A stretch of DNA of 64,000 nucleotides from Tenacibaculum sp. Its GTDB lineage: Bacteria > Bacteroidota > Bacteroidia > Flavobacteriales > Flavobacteriaceae. Positions 1 through 10,535 of the stretch are shown in pieces (positions within the stretch are counted from its first letter, which is position 1; each line of letters begins with the position of its first letter). The DNA is taken from positions 85,752 through 149,751 of the forward strand of contig NZ_JBNKHD010000003.1 of the NCBI RefSeq assembly GCF_050290165.1, in the 5' to 3' direction. The notes under the pieces are model-generated. The model did no database searches. It was not told the DNA's origin and saw only the letters and a list, made by a program, of their open reading frames with translations. The position numbers and the translations under genes are program-made.

Positions 1-2126
1 CCATTAAAGTGAGCATAATCGATAAACGGAATGTCTTTTTGTTCTAAAAATAGTCCTCCTTTAGCTTTGTATGCAAATTCTCCCCAGTTACTCAAATTGA
101 TTTTTTGGCGTAATTCAGAAAATACAAGGTCAGAATTCCATTCTGTATTTCCGGAACCAAAATTCTTTTTATATCCAATAAATAATGATGGATACTTACG
201 ACTTGAGATATTGTATTTCCCGTTAGGATATGATAAATACTTTTGTCCAAAATTTATGTTTGTTCCAAGAGAAAAAGTCCACATATGGTGTGGTGTAAAT
301 CCAGTGGTAAAGTTGGAAGGTTCTTGTGGATTGTTAGAAGTATAACTTACATCATCTTTAGGAAACATCACATAATCAGTAGTGTTAAATAATGGTTTTC
401 TATCTGCAAATTCTAAAGAAGAGAACATACGTATTCCATTAGTTACTTCTTGTGAAAATGAAACTTTAGCAAAAGTTTTTTCATAATTTTTTAGGTAATT
501 CCTTTCAAAAAATACTGAGCTTATCGTATTCCAAAATTTAGAAATAGGTTGTTTTTCGTTGAATTGCGGTGTAGCGACTCCTCCAGACATAGTTAAAACA
601 GGTTTGGTAGTATTGTTCCATTGGTAACTAAAATTAGCAGTAGGGCGTACTTTCTTTTCAGAAAAGCCATAGTTTACATCTGCTCCAATACTTAATCGTT
701 TTCCTTTTTTGTTTAGTAGTTTACGATAGTCAATCCCTATAGTAGAATTCCAACCTTGTACGGTATTAAAGTTGAGGTTTTCAATAGGGGAAGAAGTGCT
801 TAATGACCATTTATTGAAAGAATCTTCGTAGGTGTATCCAAAAAGAATATCTAACGGTTTAAATTTATTGTTTTTACCATCAATTGAATCCAAATACTTT
901 TCAGATGTTCGAATGGTTTTAATGCTATCTTTTAGCTTATAATCTGATATCTCTTCAGAAGTTAAAGCAACGGGACGAATGGTTTTCCAGTATACAGAAT
1001 CTTTTTCGGTAGCATGTTCAGCAAATGAAAGTATTTCATTACTAAAAGTCTGCTCAGTAAAGTTAGGAGTGAAATTATAATTAGAATATGCGGCAGAAAA
1101 TCGTCCGTTAAAATTAAAGCCAAACATTCCTGCTTTAAAGTCGATGGTTTGAGTTACAGGTACCCAAGCTTTATTATTGGTAGAGAAATTATAATTCTGT
1201 TTAATATGTAAAGTATCCACTATAGGTAAGCTTATTTGTGTCCCAGTAACAATAACATCAGCACCATAAATAGCCCAATCATCTTCAACTATGTAAATAA
1301 AACCACTAAAAACACGATCGTTCTTTCGTTTTGGAAGTAATTGGATTTTGTTGATCAACTTTCCGTTTTTATCATAAAAAACACCTGTTAGTTTGTAGTT
1401 GTAATAGCCAAAAGCACCATTAGCGATAGGGGAAATTACTTTAACATCAGCCAAATCAAAGGAGTTTTCGTAAAAGTTAAAATTTACATCTTCAGCCTGA
1501 TTAAAACTAATTCCGTTGTCTTGTCCACTAACTTTTGAAGCGATAATATGCTCTTTAAAATTTTTAGGTCTTTTTTGAAATGCAATTTTAGAGACTGTTT
1601 CAGATAGATACACAATTCCACTTCTGGTTGAATCCAGTCCACCTCCCATATCACCAATATCTTGTCCTAAAAACTTTTTCGGTAGGTCTTTAACTTTGAA
1701 TAAACCTCGAGAGTAAAAATCAGCAGTGAATTTTGCGAACTTATCAGTATTCTTTGCTTTATTAGCAATAGCATTTCTAATGATTTTATTGGCAGGATTT
1801 TCTTCTGAATTAACAACAACTTCATCCAAGGTAACTTCTTCTTCCTCTAAAATTATGTTTAAAGTATGAGGAAAAGAGTTTACATCTATAATTTTCTTGA
1901 CCGTTTTATATCCCAACATTTGAAAAATTATAGTGTATGTACCTGTTTTGGCAATGGGTAAACTATAGTCACCATTATTGTTGGTAGTGGTACCGGTAAT
2001 AGTATTTTCTAAATATACACTTGCTAAAGAGATAGGGTGGTCTTTAACGTCAGTAACTTTTCCTTTAATTTGAGAAAAGGTAATTGAAGAATATATTAAA
2101 AGTATAAGTGTAGCTATATTTTTCAT
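1..2126 (-). CDS. Carboxypeptidase-regulatory-like domain + DUF5686 outer-membrane protein (3' end truncated by window edge)
   Basis: Not in the ORF track. Manual translation from ATG at 2126 gives MKNIATLILLIYSSITFSQIKGKVTDVKDHPISLASVYLENTITGTTTNNNGDY..., i.e. a signal peptide plus CarboxypepD_reg-like fold. It continues with NPANKIIRNAI / FYSRG / YLSETVS, typical of DUF5686 proteins. The same frame is open at the left edge (...IPFIDYAHFN). Confidence 0.8.
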   Translation of the reverse strand, partial: MKNIATLILLIYSSITFSQIKGKVTDVKDHPISLASVYLENTITGTTTNNNGDYSLPIAKTGTYTIIFQMLGYKTVKKIIDVNSFPHTLNIILEEEEVTLDEVVVNSEENPANKIIRNAIANKAKNTDKFAKFTADFYSRGLFKVKDLPKKFLGQDIGDMGGGLDSTRSGIVYLSETVSKIAFQKRPKNFKEHIIASKVSGQDNGISFNQAEDVNFNFYENSFDLADVKVISPIANGAFGYYNYKLTGVFYDKNGKLINKIQLLPKRKNDRVFSGFIYIVEDDWAIYGADVIVTGTQISLPIVDTLHIKQNYNFSTNNKAWVPVTQTIDFKAGMFGFNFNGRFSAAYSNYNFTPNFTEQTFSNEILSFAEHATEKDSVYWKTIRPVALTSEEISDYKLKDSIKTIRTSEKYLDSIDGKNNKFKPLDILFGYTYEDSFNKWSLSTSSPIENLNFNTVQGWNSTIGIDYRKLLNKKGKRLSIGADVNYGFSEKKVRPTANFSYQWNNTTKPVLTMSGGVATPQFNEKQPISKFWNTISSVFFERNYLKNYEKTFAKVSFSQEVTNGIRMFSSLEFADRKPLFNTTDYVMFPKDDVSYTSNNPQEPSNFTTGFTPHHMWTFSLGTNINFGQKYLSYPNGKYNISSRKYPSLFIGYKKNFGSGNTEWNSDLVFSELRQKINLSNWGEFAYKAKGGLFLEQKDIPFIDYAHFN

Positions 2127-2146
2127 AGTCAGTTGGTTGATTGTGA

Positions 2147-2154
2147 CAAACATA
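2147..2154 (-). promoter_or_regulatory. Bacteroidota sigma-70 -7 element (TATGTTTG)
   Basis: CAAACATA on + strand = TAnnTTTG consensus, 20 nt upstream of the 2126 start. Confidence 0.6.
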
Positions 2155-2254
2155 AAAGAAGAACTTTGTAAAATGTATTTAATAAGTGTTAAATAACTTA
2201 CAAAGTTCTCTTAATACTATGTAGACTATGAAATAAGAAAAATGTTACTAAAAA

Positions 2255-4855
2255 TTACTTAACAGTATCTTTTTGTTGGCTTTTCTTCTTTTTTCCAAAT
2301 AAACCACCTAAAACGTCTGTTACTTTTTTTACTGTTTCGCCTTTTTTGTTGGTTGTAGAGGTGCTGTCTTTCTTTTTGTCACCTAATAATCCGCCCAAAG
2401 CATTATTTACTAGGTTATCTTTTTGCTGTTGAATCAATTTCTGACTCAATTTAGTAACAGATGAAGATAAATCTGTCGTAACCGACGGATTTGTCATATT
2501 ACCTGTTATGTTAGCAGTAACAGGAACCGTAATATTTTGTTGTTCTTTAGGGCTTAATTTTGAAAGCAGTCCTTGAGCTTCGTTACCTAAATATTTGGCA
2601 GGAACATTAAGAGTAACATTATAACTCATTGTTTTGTCAAAACCATGACTACCACCAACAGTAATTCCAATGTCGTTATATTTTAAATCAAAAGGTTTTA
2701 CCACTACTTTACCATCGCTAAAAGATAGGTGGGTTTTAATGTCTGATAAGTCTAGTTTTGTTAAATCAATAAATGATAATTTATCATTTAATAAACTTAA
2801 AGCTTTTGTTTTTTCAGGATTGATACTAGTAGTTAATAATTCTGCCAATGCTTTACCTGAAACAGAAGCTAAATTTGGAGTAAAATCATCATTTAAACTT
2901 CCTGCTAAATCAATGTCAGAATTTAATTTACCACTCATAGCTCCTGCAATAGGACCTAATGATTGTAATAAATCTAAGCCAGTAAATGATTGTGCAATGT
3001 CGAATGATTTAATTCCTAATTTCATGTCAAAAGTAGGTTGCTTTGGTTGGGTGTTAACTTCTCCGTTTAGTGCAATTTGACCGTTAAAAATATTTGCATC
3101 AACATTTTGAAGTATGGCTTTTTCATCCTTTAAAAGCAATGTTCCTTTAACATTTTGCAGGGTTAGATTGTCATAGTGTACTGTTTTTGCATTAGCCATT
3201 ACAGAACAATCTAAAAATGCAGGAATTTTTAAAGATTCTTTTGGAGCGTTTTCATCAGAAGTTTCCTCTTTCTTTTCAGAGGTTTCGGGATTTTCTTGCA
3301 TAAAATCACTTACATAAAATGCGTTTGAGTTTAATGCGAAGTTTCCTTGTAGTTTTTTGTCAGAAAGTAAAAAACCTAATAAGTTTTTAAGAGTTCCAGT
3401 AGCGTTTAAGTCACTTTTTCCAGTAGTTGCGTCAAACTTAGTTAATGAAACAGTACTTGGAGTGAAATTAACAACGGTATTTTTAATATGAATAGGATTC
3501 ACCAGATCTTCTGAAGAAAAGACAAAATTACTCACCTCCATTTTTCCGCTATTTTTAATACGACTTACAATACTATTTTCAATAGCTTTCATATCAAATT
3601 CAGTATGTAAATCCGCTTTTAAAATTCCACTTAGTTCATTTTCTAAGTTAATAGGGTAAGCTTGGTTTAATTTAGCAAGATTCAATGTTCCTTTTACGGT
3701 AGCATTAACTTTAGGGTTTGTTGTTAAGTTGTATACATTTCCTTTTCCAGAAAAAGTATCTTCATCAATTTTAAAAGATAAGTTATTGATGGAAACAAAG
3801 GTATTTTCAGTTTTACCAGTGGTGTTTTTTATTTGCGCGTCTATATTGATGTTTTGAACACTTTTAGGTAAATCAGGATATTTAAACGAAGCGTTGTTAG
3901 ATTGCATAGTGATGTCTAACTTCGGAATATGATTATCATCAATAATTCCATTTATTTTTCCATTTACACTAAAGTTACCAGTTGTAGAAACATTTGCAAT
4001 ACTTTTGGTATAAGCTTCAGGAATTAACCCTAAAAAGTTTTTAAAATCTGACGAAGGAGTTTTAAAATTAATGTCAACCTCTTGGTTGTTCTCATTCATT
4101 TGAAGATATCCGTCAAAAATTAAAGGCAAGTTATTCAATTTGGCTTCATTTTTTAGGAAAGAAAACTTCTTGTTAGTTAAGTCCATTCCTAAAACAGCAT
4201 CCAATTGTATTTTTTGATTTTTAGCATAGGTGTTTCCATCCATTCCGAATGAAACTAAGGTAGATGTTTGTGTATCTAACTCGGTATTTGATTGTGAAAA
4301 ATCACCACTTCCGCTATGGTTAAATTCTGTTAGCTCAAGAGTTAATTTTCCTTGCTTATCGTTGTACTTTATGGTTGAATTATTAATTGCGTATGAATTA
4401 ATAGACAATCCAAAAGAAGATGGTTCTTCATTTGTAGTTTCTTCTGTTTTTGAAGGCTTTGCAATATCGTAATTTGCATTCCCTTTTTCATCAACTAGTA
4501 CATTTACCAAAGCTTCGTCAATAGTAAATGATTTGATATTTAGCTGTTCAGAAGAAGCTTTAAAAAGATCGGTAAGCCTTAACGCTAAATTTATTTCTTT
4601 AGCATATACTAAAGTATCGCCTTCAAAAGGAGCTTTATTAATAACAGTTAAGTTCGATAACTGTACCGATGCATTTGGGAAATTTCTAAGTAAACTTAAA
4701 CTCGAGTCGCTGAAGTCAACTTGTGCATTTACATTGTCGTTAATGGTGGTTTTCACCAAGTTCATTACTTTATCTTGGAATAACAGGGGAATGCTAATTA
4801 AAAGGATAAAGAAAAAAATAATAACGCCTAATACTATTTTATAAATCTTTTTCAT
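2255..4855 (-). CDS. AsmA family / AsmA-like C-terminal region protein (repeating beta-groove envelope protein)
   Basis: 866 aa with a single N-terminal TM anchor (IVLGVIIFFFILLISIPLLF), beta-rich repeats and a typical AsmA C-terminus (GSHGFDKTMSYNVTLNVP). Confidence 0.8.
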   Translation of the reverse strand: MKKIYKIVLGVIIFFFILLISIPLLFQDKVMNLVKTTINDNVNAQVDFSDSSLSLLRNFPNASVQLSNLTVINKAPFEGDTLVYAKEINLALRLTDLFKASSEQLNIKSFTIDEALVNVLVDEKGNANYDIAKPSKTEETTNEEPSSFGLSINSYAINNSTIKYNDKQGKLTLELTEFNHSGSGDFSQSNTELDTQTSTLVSFGMDGNTYAKNQKIQLDAVLGMDLTNKKFSFLKNEAKLNNLPLIFDGYLQMNENNQEVDINFKTPSSDFKNFLGLIPEAYTKSIANVSTTGNFSVNGKINGIIDDNHIPKLDITMQSNNASFKYPDLPKSVQNINIDAQIKNTTGKTENTFVSINNLSFKIDEDTFSGKGNVYNLTTNPKVNATVKGTLNLAKLNQAYPINLENELSGILKADLHTEFDMKAIENSIVSRIKNSGKMEVSNFVFSSEDLVNPIHIKNTVVNFTPSTVSLTKFDATTGKSDLNATGTLKNLLGFLLSDKKLQGNFALNSNAFYVSDFMQENPETSEKKEETSDENAPKESLKIPAFLDCSVMANAKTVHYDNLTLQNVKGTLLLKDEKAILQNVDANIFNGQIALNGEVNTQPKQPTFDMKLGIKSFDIAQSFTGLDLLQSLGPIAGAMSGKLNSDIDLAGSLNDDFTPNLASVSGKALAELLTTSINPEKTKALSLLNDKLSFIDLTKLDLSDIKTHLSFSDGKVVVKPFDLKYNDIGITVGGSHGFDKTMSYNVTLNVPAKYLGNEAQGLLSKLSPKEQQNITVPVTANITGNMTNPSVTTDLSSSVTKLSQKLIQQQKDNLVNNALGGLLGDKKKDSTSTTNKKGETVKKVTDVLGGLFGKKKKSQQKDTVK

Positions 4856-4946
4856 TGTGAATAAAGTTTGTCATGTAATACTAACGAACAAAGTTCAACA
4901 ATTATTTGTAAAAAGAAAGTCAATGAAATGATAAATTTTCTTTTGG

Positions 4947-4954
4947 TAATTTTG
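4947..4954 (+). promoter_or_regulatory. -7 promoter element (TAATTTTG) for queG
   Basis: Matches TAnnTTTG, 20 nt upstream of the TTG start. Confidence 0.6.
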
Positions 4955-4974
4955 CGCTGATAAAATCACGTATT

Positions 4975-5901
4975 TTGAACCAGAAACAACAATATTCAAA
5001 CTTTATTAAAACACAGGCAAAACGCTTGGGGTTTTTGGGGTGCGGTATTGCAAAAGCTGATTTTTTAGAGGATGAAGCTCCGCGATTAGAAAAATGGTTA
5101 GAAAATGGATATCATGGAGAGATGCATTACATGGAAAACCATTTTGATAAACGCTTAGATCCAAGGTTGTTGGTAGAGGGTTCAAAATCGGTGATTTCTT
5201 TGTCGTATAACTATTTTCCAGCCGAAGTTCAGCAAGAAGGAAGTTATAAGATTTCTAAATATGCTTACGGACAAGATTATCATCATATCATCAAAGATAA
5301 ATTGCGAGAATTATTGCAGTTGATTAATGATGAAATAGGAGAAGTTTCAGGACGTTGTTTTGTTGATTCTGCCCCTGTGTTAGAACGTGCTTGGGCAGCA
5401 AAATCAGGGTTAGGTTGGAATGGGAAACACTCGTTATTAATTCAAAAGCAACAAGGATCCTTTTTCTTTTTAGCTGAATTGATTATTGATTTAGAACTCG
5501 AATACGACACGCCTTTTAAAACAGATCATTGTGGTAGTTGTACTCGTTGTATTGATACGTGTCCAACACAAGCAATTTTACCTAATAATACAGTAGATGG
5601 GAGTAAATGTATCTCATATTTAACGATTGAGTTAAAAGATGCAATTCCATCAGGGTTTGAAGGACAACTGCAAGATTGGATGTTTGGGTGTGATGTGTGT
5701 CAAGATGTATGTCCTTGGAATCGTTTTTCAAAACCACATGAAGAATCTTTGTTTACACCGCAAGAAAGTTTATTGAATATGACAAAACGTGATTGGCAAG
5801 AATTAACTCAAGAAACGTTTAGTAAAGTATTTAAAAAATCGGCAGTAAAGAGAACTAAGTTTTTAGGGCTCTCAAGAAATATTGATTTTTTAAAAAAATA
5901 A
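4975..5901 (+). CDS. queG: tRNA epoxyqueuosine(34) reductase
   Basis: Two 4Fe-4S motifs ([13 protein letters not shown]; [11 protein letters not shown]), plus YAYGQDYH and [12 protein letters not shown] start. Confidence 0.95.
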   Translation: MNQKQQYSNFIKTQAKRLGFLGCGIAKADFLEDEAPRLEKWLENGYHGEMHYMENHFDKRLDPRLLVEGSKSVISLSYNYFPAEVQQEGSYKISKYAYGQDYHHIIKDKLRELLQLINDEIGEVSGRCFVDSAPVLERAWAAKSGLGWNGKHSLLIQKQQGSFFFLAELIIDLELEYDTPFKTDHCGSCTRCIDTCPTQAILPNNTVDGSKCISYLTIELKDAIPSGFEGQLQDWMFGCDVCQDVCPWNRFSKPHEESLFTPQESLLNMTKRDWQELTQETFSKVFKKSAVKRTKFLGLSRNIDFLKK

Positions 5902-5926
5902 AACAGGCTCTAGAGCCTGTTTTATT
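5897..5926. terminator. Bidirectional intrinsic terminator (perfect 30-bp palindrome)
   Basis: AATAAAACAGGCTC-TA-GAGCCTGTTTTATT between convergent queG and the PAS gene. Confidence 0.85.
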
Positions 5927-5932
5927 TTAGTG

Positions 5933-6571
5933 TTATTTTGGATCAGTTTCTCCGAAGAAAAACCAGTTGATTCCTTTTTTAATAATTCCACTCTCTTTAG
6001 AAGGAGCATTATCATTGTTTTCTTTTGAGTTAGAAGCTTCTTGTTCAAATAAATTTACTACAAAATCTTCATAAGATGAATTTACTTCTTCTTGAAGGTA
6101 AGAGTTAAAATACAATTCACTTGCTTTTTCTCCTTTAACTTTTTCAATTTCTAACAAAGTTTTGTATAAAGGTTCAATTTTTTTCACAACATTTTCAGGT
6201 AAAGCTTTTCTTCTTCCTGTATAACCTGTAATTTTTCCTGTTTCATCTTTTTCTACATCAAAATCAGTAATAACCCAGTAATATCTACCTGTTCTTGTTA
6301 AGTTTTTAACAATAGCGTGAAAGTTGTTTCCCTGTTTTAGATTATCCCATAATACCTTAAATACAACTTTAGGCATATCTGGGTGTCTAATAATATTATG
6401 AGGTTCTCCAATCAGTTCTATTTTATTGTACTCTGAAGCTTCTTCAAAGGTGTCGTTCATGTATAAAATAGTTCCAACAGAATCAGTTTTACTAATAATG
6501 GTTTTTGATTTGTCCCACTTAACCTCCTCATCTATGACTTTGGAAGGTTTAAGAGTGTCATTTGTGTTCAT
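5933..6571 (-). CDS. Stand-alone Aer/CetB-type PAS domain protein (paralog 1)
   Basis: ISKTD..G.I.Y.ND.F, GEPHNIIRHPDMPK, LW, VKN and YYWV match the FAD-binding PAS of Aer. There is no TM, HAMP or kinase domain. Confidence 0.85.
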   Translation of the reverse strand: MNTNDTLKPSKVIDEEVKWDKSKTIISKTDSVGTILYMNDTFEEASEYNKIELIGEPHNIIRHPDMPKVVFKVLWDNLKQGNNFHAIVKNLTRTGRYYWVITDFDVEKDETGKITGYTGRRKALPENVVKKIEPLYKTLLEIEKVKGEKASELYFNSYLQEEVNSSYEDFVVNLFEQEASNSKENNDNAPSKESGIIKKGINWFFFGETDPK

Positions 6572-6615
6572 TTATGTTTTTTTAATAGTTTCGGGTAGCT
6601 TTTTTTAAAGGTCAG

Positions 6616-6623
6616 CAAATGTA
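6616..6623 (-). promoter_or_regulatory. -7 promoter element (TACATTTG) for PAS paralog 1
   Basis: CAAATGTA on + strand, 44 nt upstream of the start. Confidence 0.55.
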
Positions 6624-6765
6624 AAGCTTTTTTACTTCAAGAGTAAACTACTTTTTTTTTAAAAAAGGTTAAAAAAAGTTAAAGTTATAATTAAGAAATA
6701 GAAAAATATTGTGCCAGCACTTTATGTTGAGAATAAGGGAAGAGTACAAAGTGTTTTTAAATAAA

Positions 6766-6797
6766 AAAGGATAGAGTTCTTAAAAACTCTATCCTTT
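6766..6797 (-). terminator. Intrinsic terminator after PAS paralog 2
   Basis: 13-bp stem AAAGGATAGAGTT/AACTCTATCCTTT with a 6-nt loop, followed by a U-tract on the minus strand. Confidence 0.8.
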
Positions 6798-6832
6798 AAT
6801 GTATACTGGTTAAGGGAATTTATAGGGGGTAT

Positions 6833-7450
6833 TTATTTTGGATCAGTTTCTCCGAAAAAGAACCAGTTTAACCCCTTTTTTATAGGACTTGTTTCGTTTT
6901 TAATTTTTTCAGCTTCTTCTTTAGAAAGTTCTTCATTAAATAAATCAACAACAAATTCATTATAGGTTTTACCAACCTCTTCTTTTAAGTAAGCATCAAA
7001 ATACATCTCACTTGCTTTTTCTCCTTTTAATTTTTCAATGTCTAAAAGTGTTTTGTATAGAGGCTCTACTTTTTTAACAACACCACTTGGTACCGCTTTT
7101 CTTCTCGCTGTATACCCAACAATATTACCTTCTTCGTCTTTGTCTATGGTAAAGTCGGTAATTACCCAGTAGTATCTACCAGTTCTCGTTAGGTTTTTAA
7201 CTATAGCATGAAAGTTTTCACCTTTTTTTAAGGCATCCCATAATACTTTAAAAGCTACTTTAGGCATGTCTGGGTGACGAATAATATTATGCGGTTCACC
7301 CACTAACTCAATAGTGCTGTACTCGCAAGTTTTAGAGAAAACATCGTTTGCGTATAATATGGTTCCGTAAATATCTGTTTTACTTACAATGGTTTTTGTT
7401 TTGTCCCATTGTACTTCTTCGTCAATAATGTGTCTTAATGTAGTTTCCAT
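6833..7450 (-). CDS. Stand-alone Aer/CetB-type PAS domain protein (paralog 2)
   Basis: Same PAS motifs as 5933-6571 and the identical C-terminal NWFFFGETDPK. Confidence 0.85.
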   Translation of the reverse strand: METTLRHIIDEEVQWDKTKTIVSKTDIYGTILYANDVFSKTCEYSTIELVGEPHNIIRHPDMPKVAFKVLWDALKKGENFHAIVKNLTRTGRYYWVITDFTIDKDEEGNIVGYTARRKAVPSGVVKKVEPLYKTLLDIEKLKGEKASEMYFDAYLKEEVGKTYNEFVVDLFNEELSKEEAEKIKNETSPIKKGLNWFFFGETDPK

Positions 7451-7552
7451 TTATTCTGTTTGGTTTAAAGTTGTACAAAAGTCAGAAGTATTCAGGAGAT
7501 TAAATATGACTTTTATCAGGTTACAAAATATTTTTACTTCATAAACAAAATG

Positions 7553-7560
7553 TATATTTG
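7553..7560 (+). promoter_or_regulatory. -7 promoter element (TATATTTG) for maeB
   Basis: Consensus TAnnTTTG, 27 nt upstream of ATG. Confidence 0.65.
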
Positions 7561-7587
7561 TAAGTTCAAACAAACAAGAACGAACCT

Positions 7588-9891
7588 ATGAGAGATTCTA
7601 GAAAGAGGCATGAAGCTCTACTTTATCATGCTAAACCGAAGCCAGGAAAAATAGCAGTAGTACCTACTAAAAAATATGCGACACAACACGATTTGTCGTT
7701 GGCATATTCACCAGGAGTAGCAGAGCCTTGTTTAGAAATAGCAAAAGACAAAAACAACGTTTATAAGTATACTTCAAAAGGTAATTTAGTAGCAGTTATA
7801 TCTAATGGAACCGCGGTTTTAGGACTTGGGGATATTGGTCCAGAAGCATCTAAACCTGTAATGGAAGGAAAAGGATTACTGTTTAAAATTTTTGCTGATA
7901 TTGATGTTTTTGACATTGAAGTCGATACGACTGATGTAGATAAATTTGTTGAAACAGTAAAAGCTATTGCTCCTACTTTTGGAGGAATCAATTTAGAAGA
8001 TATCAAAGCTCCAGAAGCTTTTGAAATAGAAAGAAGATTAAAAGAGGAATTAGATATTCCTGTAATGCACGATGATCAACATGGTACAGCTATTATTTCT
8101 GCTGCAGCTTTAAAAAATGCATTGGAAATTAATGAGAAAAACATTGAAGATGTTAAAATAGTTGTAAACGGAGCAGGAGCTGCGGCTATTTCATGTACAC
8201 GTTTGTATTTAGCTCTTGGAGCTAAACGTGAAAATGTAGTAATGTGCGATAGTAAAGGAGTTATTAGAAAAGATAATGAGAATTTAACTTCTCAAAAAGC
8301 AGAGTTTGCTACTAGCCAAGATGTACATACCTTAGAAGAGGCGATGTTAAATGCAGATGTGTTTATTGGACTGTCAAAAGGGAATGTTGTGACTCCTGAA
8401 ATGCTCTTATCGATGGCGAAAAATCCTATCGTTTTTGCTATGGCTAACCCAGAACCAGAAATTGATTACGATTTAGCAATTGCTACAAGAGATGATATTA
8501 TTATGGCTACAGGAAGATCAGATCATCCTAACCAAGTAAATAATGTATTAGGTTTTCCATTCATTTTCCGTGGAGCATTAGATGTTCGAGCAAAGAAAAT
8601 CAATGAAGAAATGAAAATGGCAGCGGTACATGCTTTAGCAGATTTAGCTAAGCAATCAGTACCTGAGCAAGTAAATATAGTATACGACGAAGTAAGTCTT
8701 TCTTTTGGAAAAGAGTATATTATTCCTAAACCATTTGACCCAAGATTGATTTATGAAATTCCACCAGCGATTGCAAAAGCAGCAATGGATTCTGGTGTAG
8801 CTCAAGAACCTATTGATGACTGGGACAAATACCGTGAAGAATTAATGGATCGTTCAGGTACAGGAACTAAAGAAGTACGATTGTTACATAACCGAGCTAA
8901 AAAAGATCCAAAACGTTTGGTGTTTGCAGAAGCAGATCATTTAGATGTATTAAAAGCGGCGCAAAGAGTTTATGAAGAAAAAATAGGGAAACCGATTTTA
9001 TTAGGAAGAAGAGAAATCATTTTAGAGCTAAAAGCAGAGTTAGGTTTTGATGCAGATGTGCCAATTATCGATCCTAAAACAGATGAAGAAGAAGCAAGAA
9101 GAAATCGTTATGCGGAGGCTTTTTGGAAAACAAGACAACGTAAAGGGGTGACGTTCTTAGAAGCGCAGAAATGGATGCGTGAGCGTAACTATTTTGCTGC
9201 AATGATGGTGAATTCTGGTGAAGCAGACGCTTTAATTACAGGGTATTCAAGACCTTATCCGTCAGTAGTAAAACCAATGTTAGAGTTGATTGAAAAAGAT
9301 CAAGGAGTAACGAGGGTGGCGGCTACGAATATGATGTTAACAAAACAAGGACCATTGTTCTTAGCAGATACAACCATCAATATAAACCCAACTGCAAAAG
9401 ATTTAGCTAAAATTACGCAGTTAACCTCAGTATTAGTAAAAATGTTTGGAATGAAACCAAATGTAGCAATGCTAGGTTTTTCAAACTTTGGTTCTTCAAA
9501 ATCTGAAAGCTCAACCAAAATAAGAGAAGCAGTTTCATACATTCATCGTCATTATCCTAATGTGGTAGTTGATGGTGAGTTACAAGCAGATTTTGCTCTA
9601 AATCCTGAATTGTTGGCGAAAGAATTTCCTTTTTCTAAGCTTAATGGAAAAAGAGCGAATGTGTTGATATTTCCTAATTTAGAATCGGCAAATATTACTT
9701 ATAAGTTAATGAAAGAAGTTGATGAAGTAGAAACTATTGGGCCAATTTTATTAGGAATGAGTAAGCCTGTGCACATTTTACAATTAGGGGCTAGTGTGGA
9801 TGAAATGGTAAATATGGCGGCAGTAGCTGTTATTGATGCTCAAAATAAAGAAAAGCAAGCAAAAAATAGTACAAAGGCTATAAATGCATAA
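7588..9891 (+). CDS. maeB: NADP-dependent malic enzyme with C-terminal phosphotransacetylase-like domain
   Basis: [35 protein letters not shown] and [10 protein letters not shown]; PTA-like C-terminal half. Confidence 0.95.
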   Translation: MRDSRKRHEALLYHAKPKPGKIAVVPTKKYATQHDLSLAYSPGVAEPCLEIAKDKNNVYKYTSKGNLVAVISNGTAVLGLGDIGPEASKPVMEGKGLLFKIFADIDVFDIEVDTTDVDKFVETVKAIAPTFGGINLEDIKAPEAFEIERRLKEELDIPVMHDDQHGTAIISAAALKNALEINEKNIEDVKIVVNGAGAAAISCTRLYLALGAKRENVVMCDSKGVIRKDNENLTSQKAEFATSQDVHTLEEAMLNADVFIGLSKGNVVTPEMLLSMAKNPIVFAMANPEPEIDYDLAIATRDDIIMATGRSDHPNQVNNVLGFPFIFRGALDVRAKKINEEMKMAAVHALADLAKQSVPEQVNIVYDEVSLSFGKEYIIPKPFDPRLIYEIPPAIAKAAMDSGVAQEPIDDWDKYREELMDRSGTGTKEVRLLHNRAKKDPKRLVFAEADHLDVLKAAQRVYEEKIGKPILLGRREIILELKAELGFDADVPIIDPKTDEEEARRNRYAEAFWKTRQRKGVTFLEAQKWMRERNYFAAMMVNSGEADALITGYSRPYPSVVKPMLELIEKDQGVTRVAATNMMLTKQGPLFLADTTININPTAKDLAKITQLTSVLVKMFGMKPNVAMLGFSNFGSSKSESSTKIREAVSYIHRHYPNVVVDGELQADFALNPELLAKEFPFSKLNGKRANVLIFPNLESANITYKLMKEVDEVETIGPILLGMSKPVHILQLGASVDEMVNMAAVAVIDAQNKEKQAKNSTKAINA

Positions 9892-9947
9892 GGCTTTTTT
9901 TTAAAAAATAATTTTGCCTATTTTAGGCAAATAGAAAAAATAGCTGG

Positions 9948-10529
9948 ATGATTACACAAATTAAGGGGAAGCTTGTGGAAAAAAATCCTACATATGCCGT
10001 GGTAGATTGCAACGGAGTAGGATACTTAATGAATATTTCTTTAAACACATTTTCATCACTACCTAGTGATGAAAATGTGTTGTTATATACACACTTATCT
10101 ATAAGAGAAGACGCTCATACGCTATATGGTTTTTCAACAAAAATGGAACGAGAGGTCTTTTTATTATTAACTTCAGTTTCTGGAGTAGGCCCCAGTACAG
10201 CAAGAACCATGTTATCTTCTATGACTTCAGAAGAAGTTCAACAAGCCATCGCTTCTGAGGATGTGAAGCTGATACAATCGGTGAAAGGCATTGGAGCAAA
10301 AACAGCACAGAGAGTAATTGTTGATTTAAAAGATAAGGTTTTAAAGACTTTTGGATTGGACGAAGTTTCTGTGGTACAGAACAATACAAATAAAGAAGAA
10401 GCGTTATCTGCTTTAGAGGTTCTAGGCTTCGTTCGGAAGCAAGCCGATAAAGTAATAGGGGGAATATTAAAAGAAACACCTGATGCAAGTGTTGAAATAC
10501 TTATAAAACAGGCGTTGAAAAAATTATAA
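9948..10529 (+). CDS. ruvA: Holliday junction branch migration protein RuvA
   Basis: N-terminal OB fold, HhH motifs (SVSGVGP; VKGIGAKTAQR) and C-terminal EALSALEVLGF. Confidence 0.97.
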   Translation: MITQIKGKLVEKNPTYAVVDCNGVGYLMNISLNTFSSLPSDENVLLYTHLSIREDAHTLYGFSTKMEREVFLLLTSVSGVGPSTARTMLSSMTSEEVQQAIASEDVKLIQSVKGIGAKTAQRVIVDLKDKVLKTFGLDEVSVVQNNTNKEEALSALEVLGFVRKQADKVIGGILKETPDASVEILIKQALKKL

Positions 10530-10535
10530 AAAAGA

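Noticed and set aside
31-345. 104-aa plus-strand ORF from the track
   Set aside because: Antisense shadow of the DUF5686 gene (1-2126), which is missing from the track only because its stop lies outside the window.
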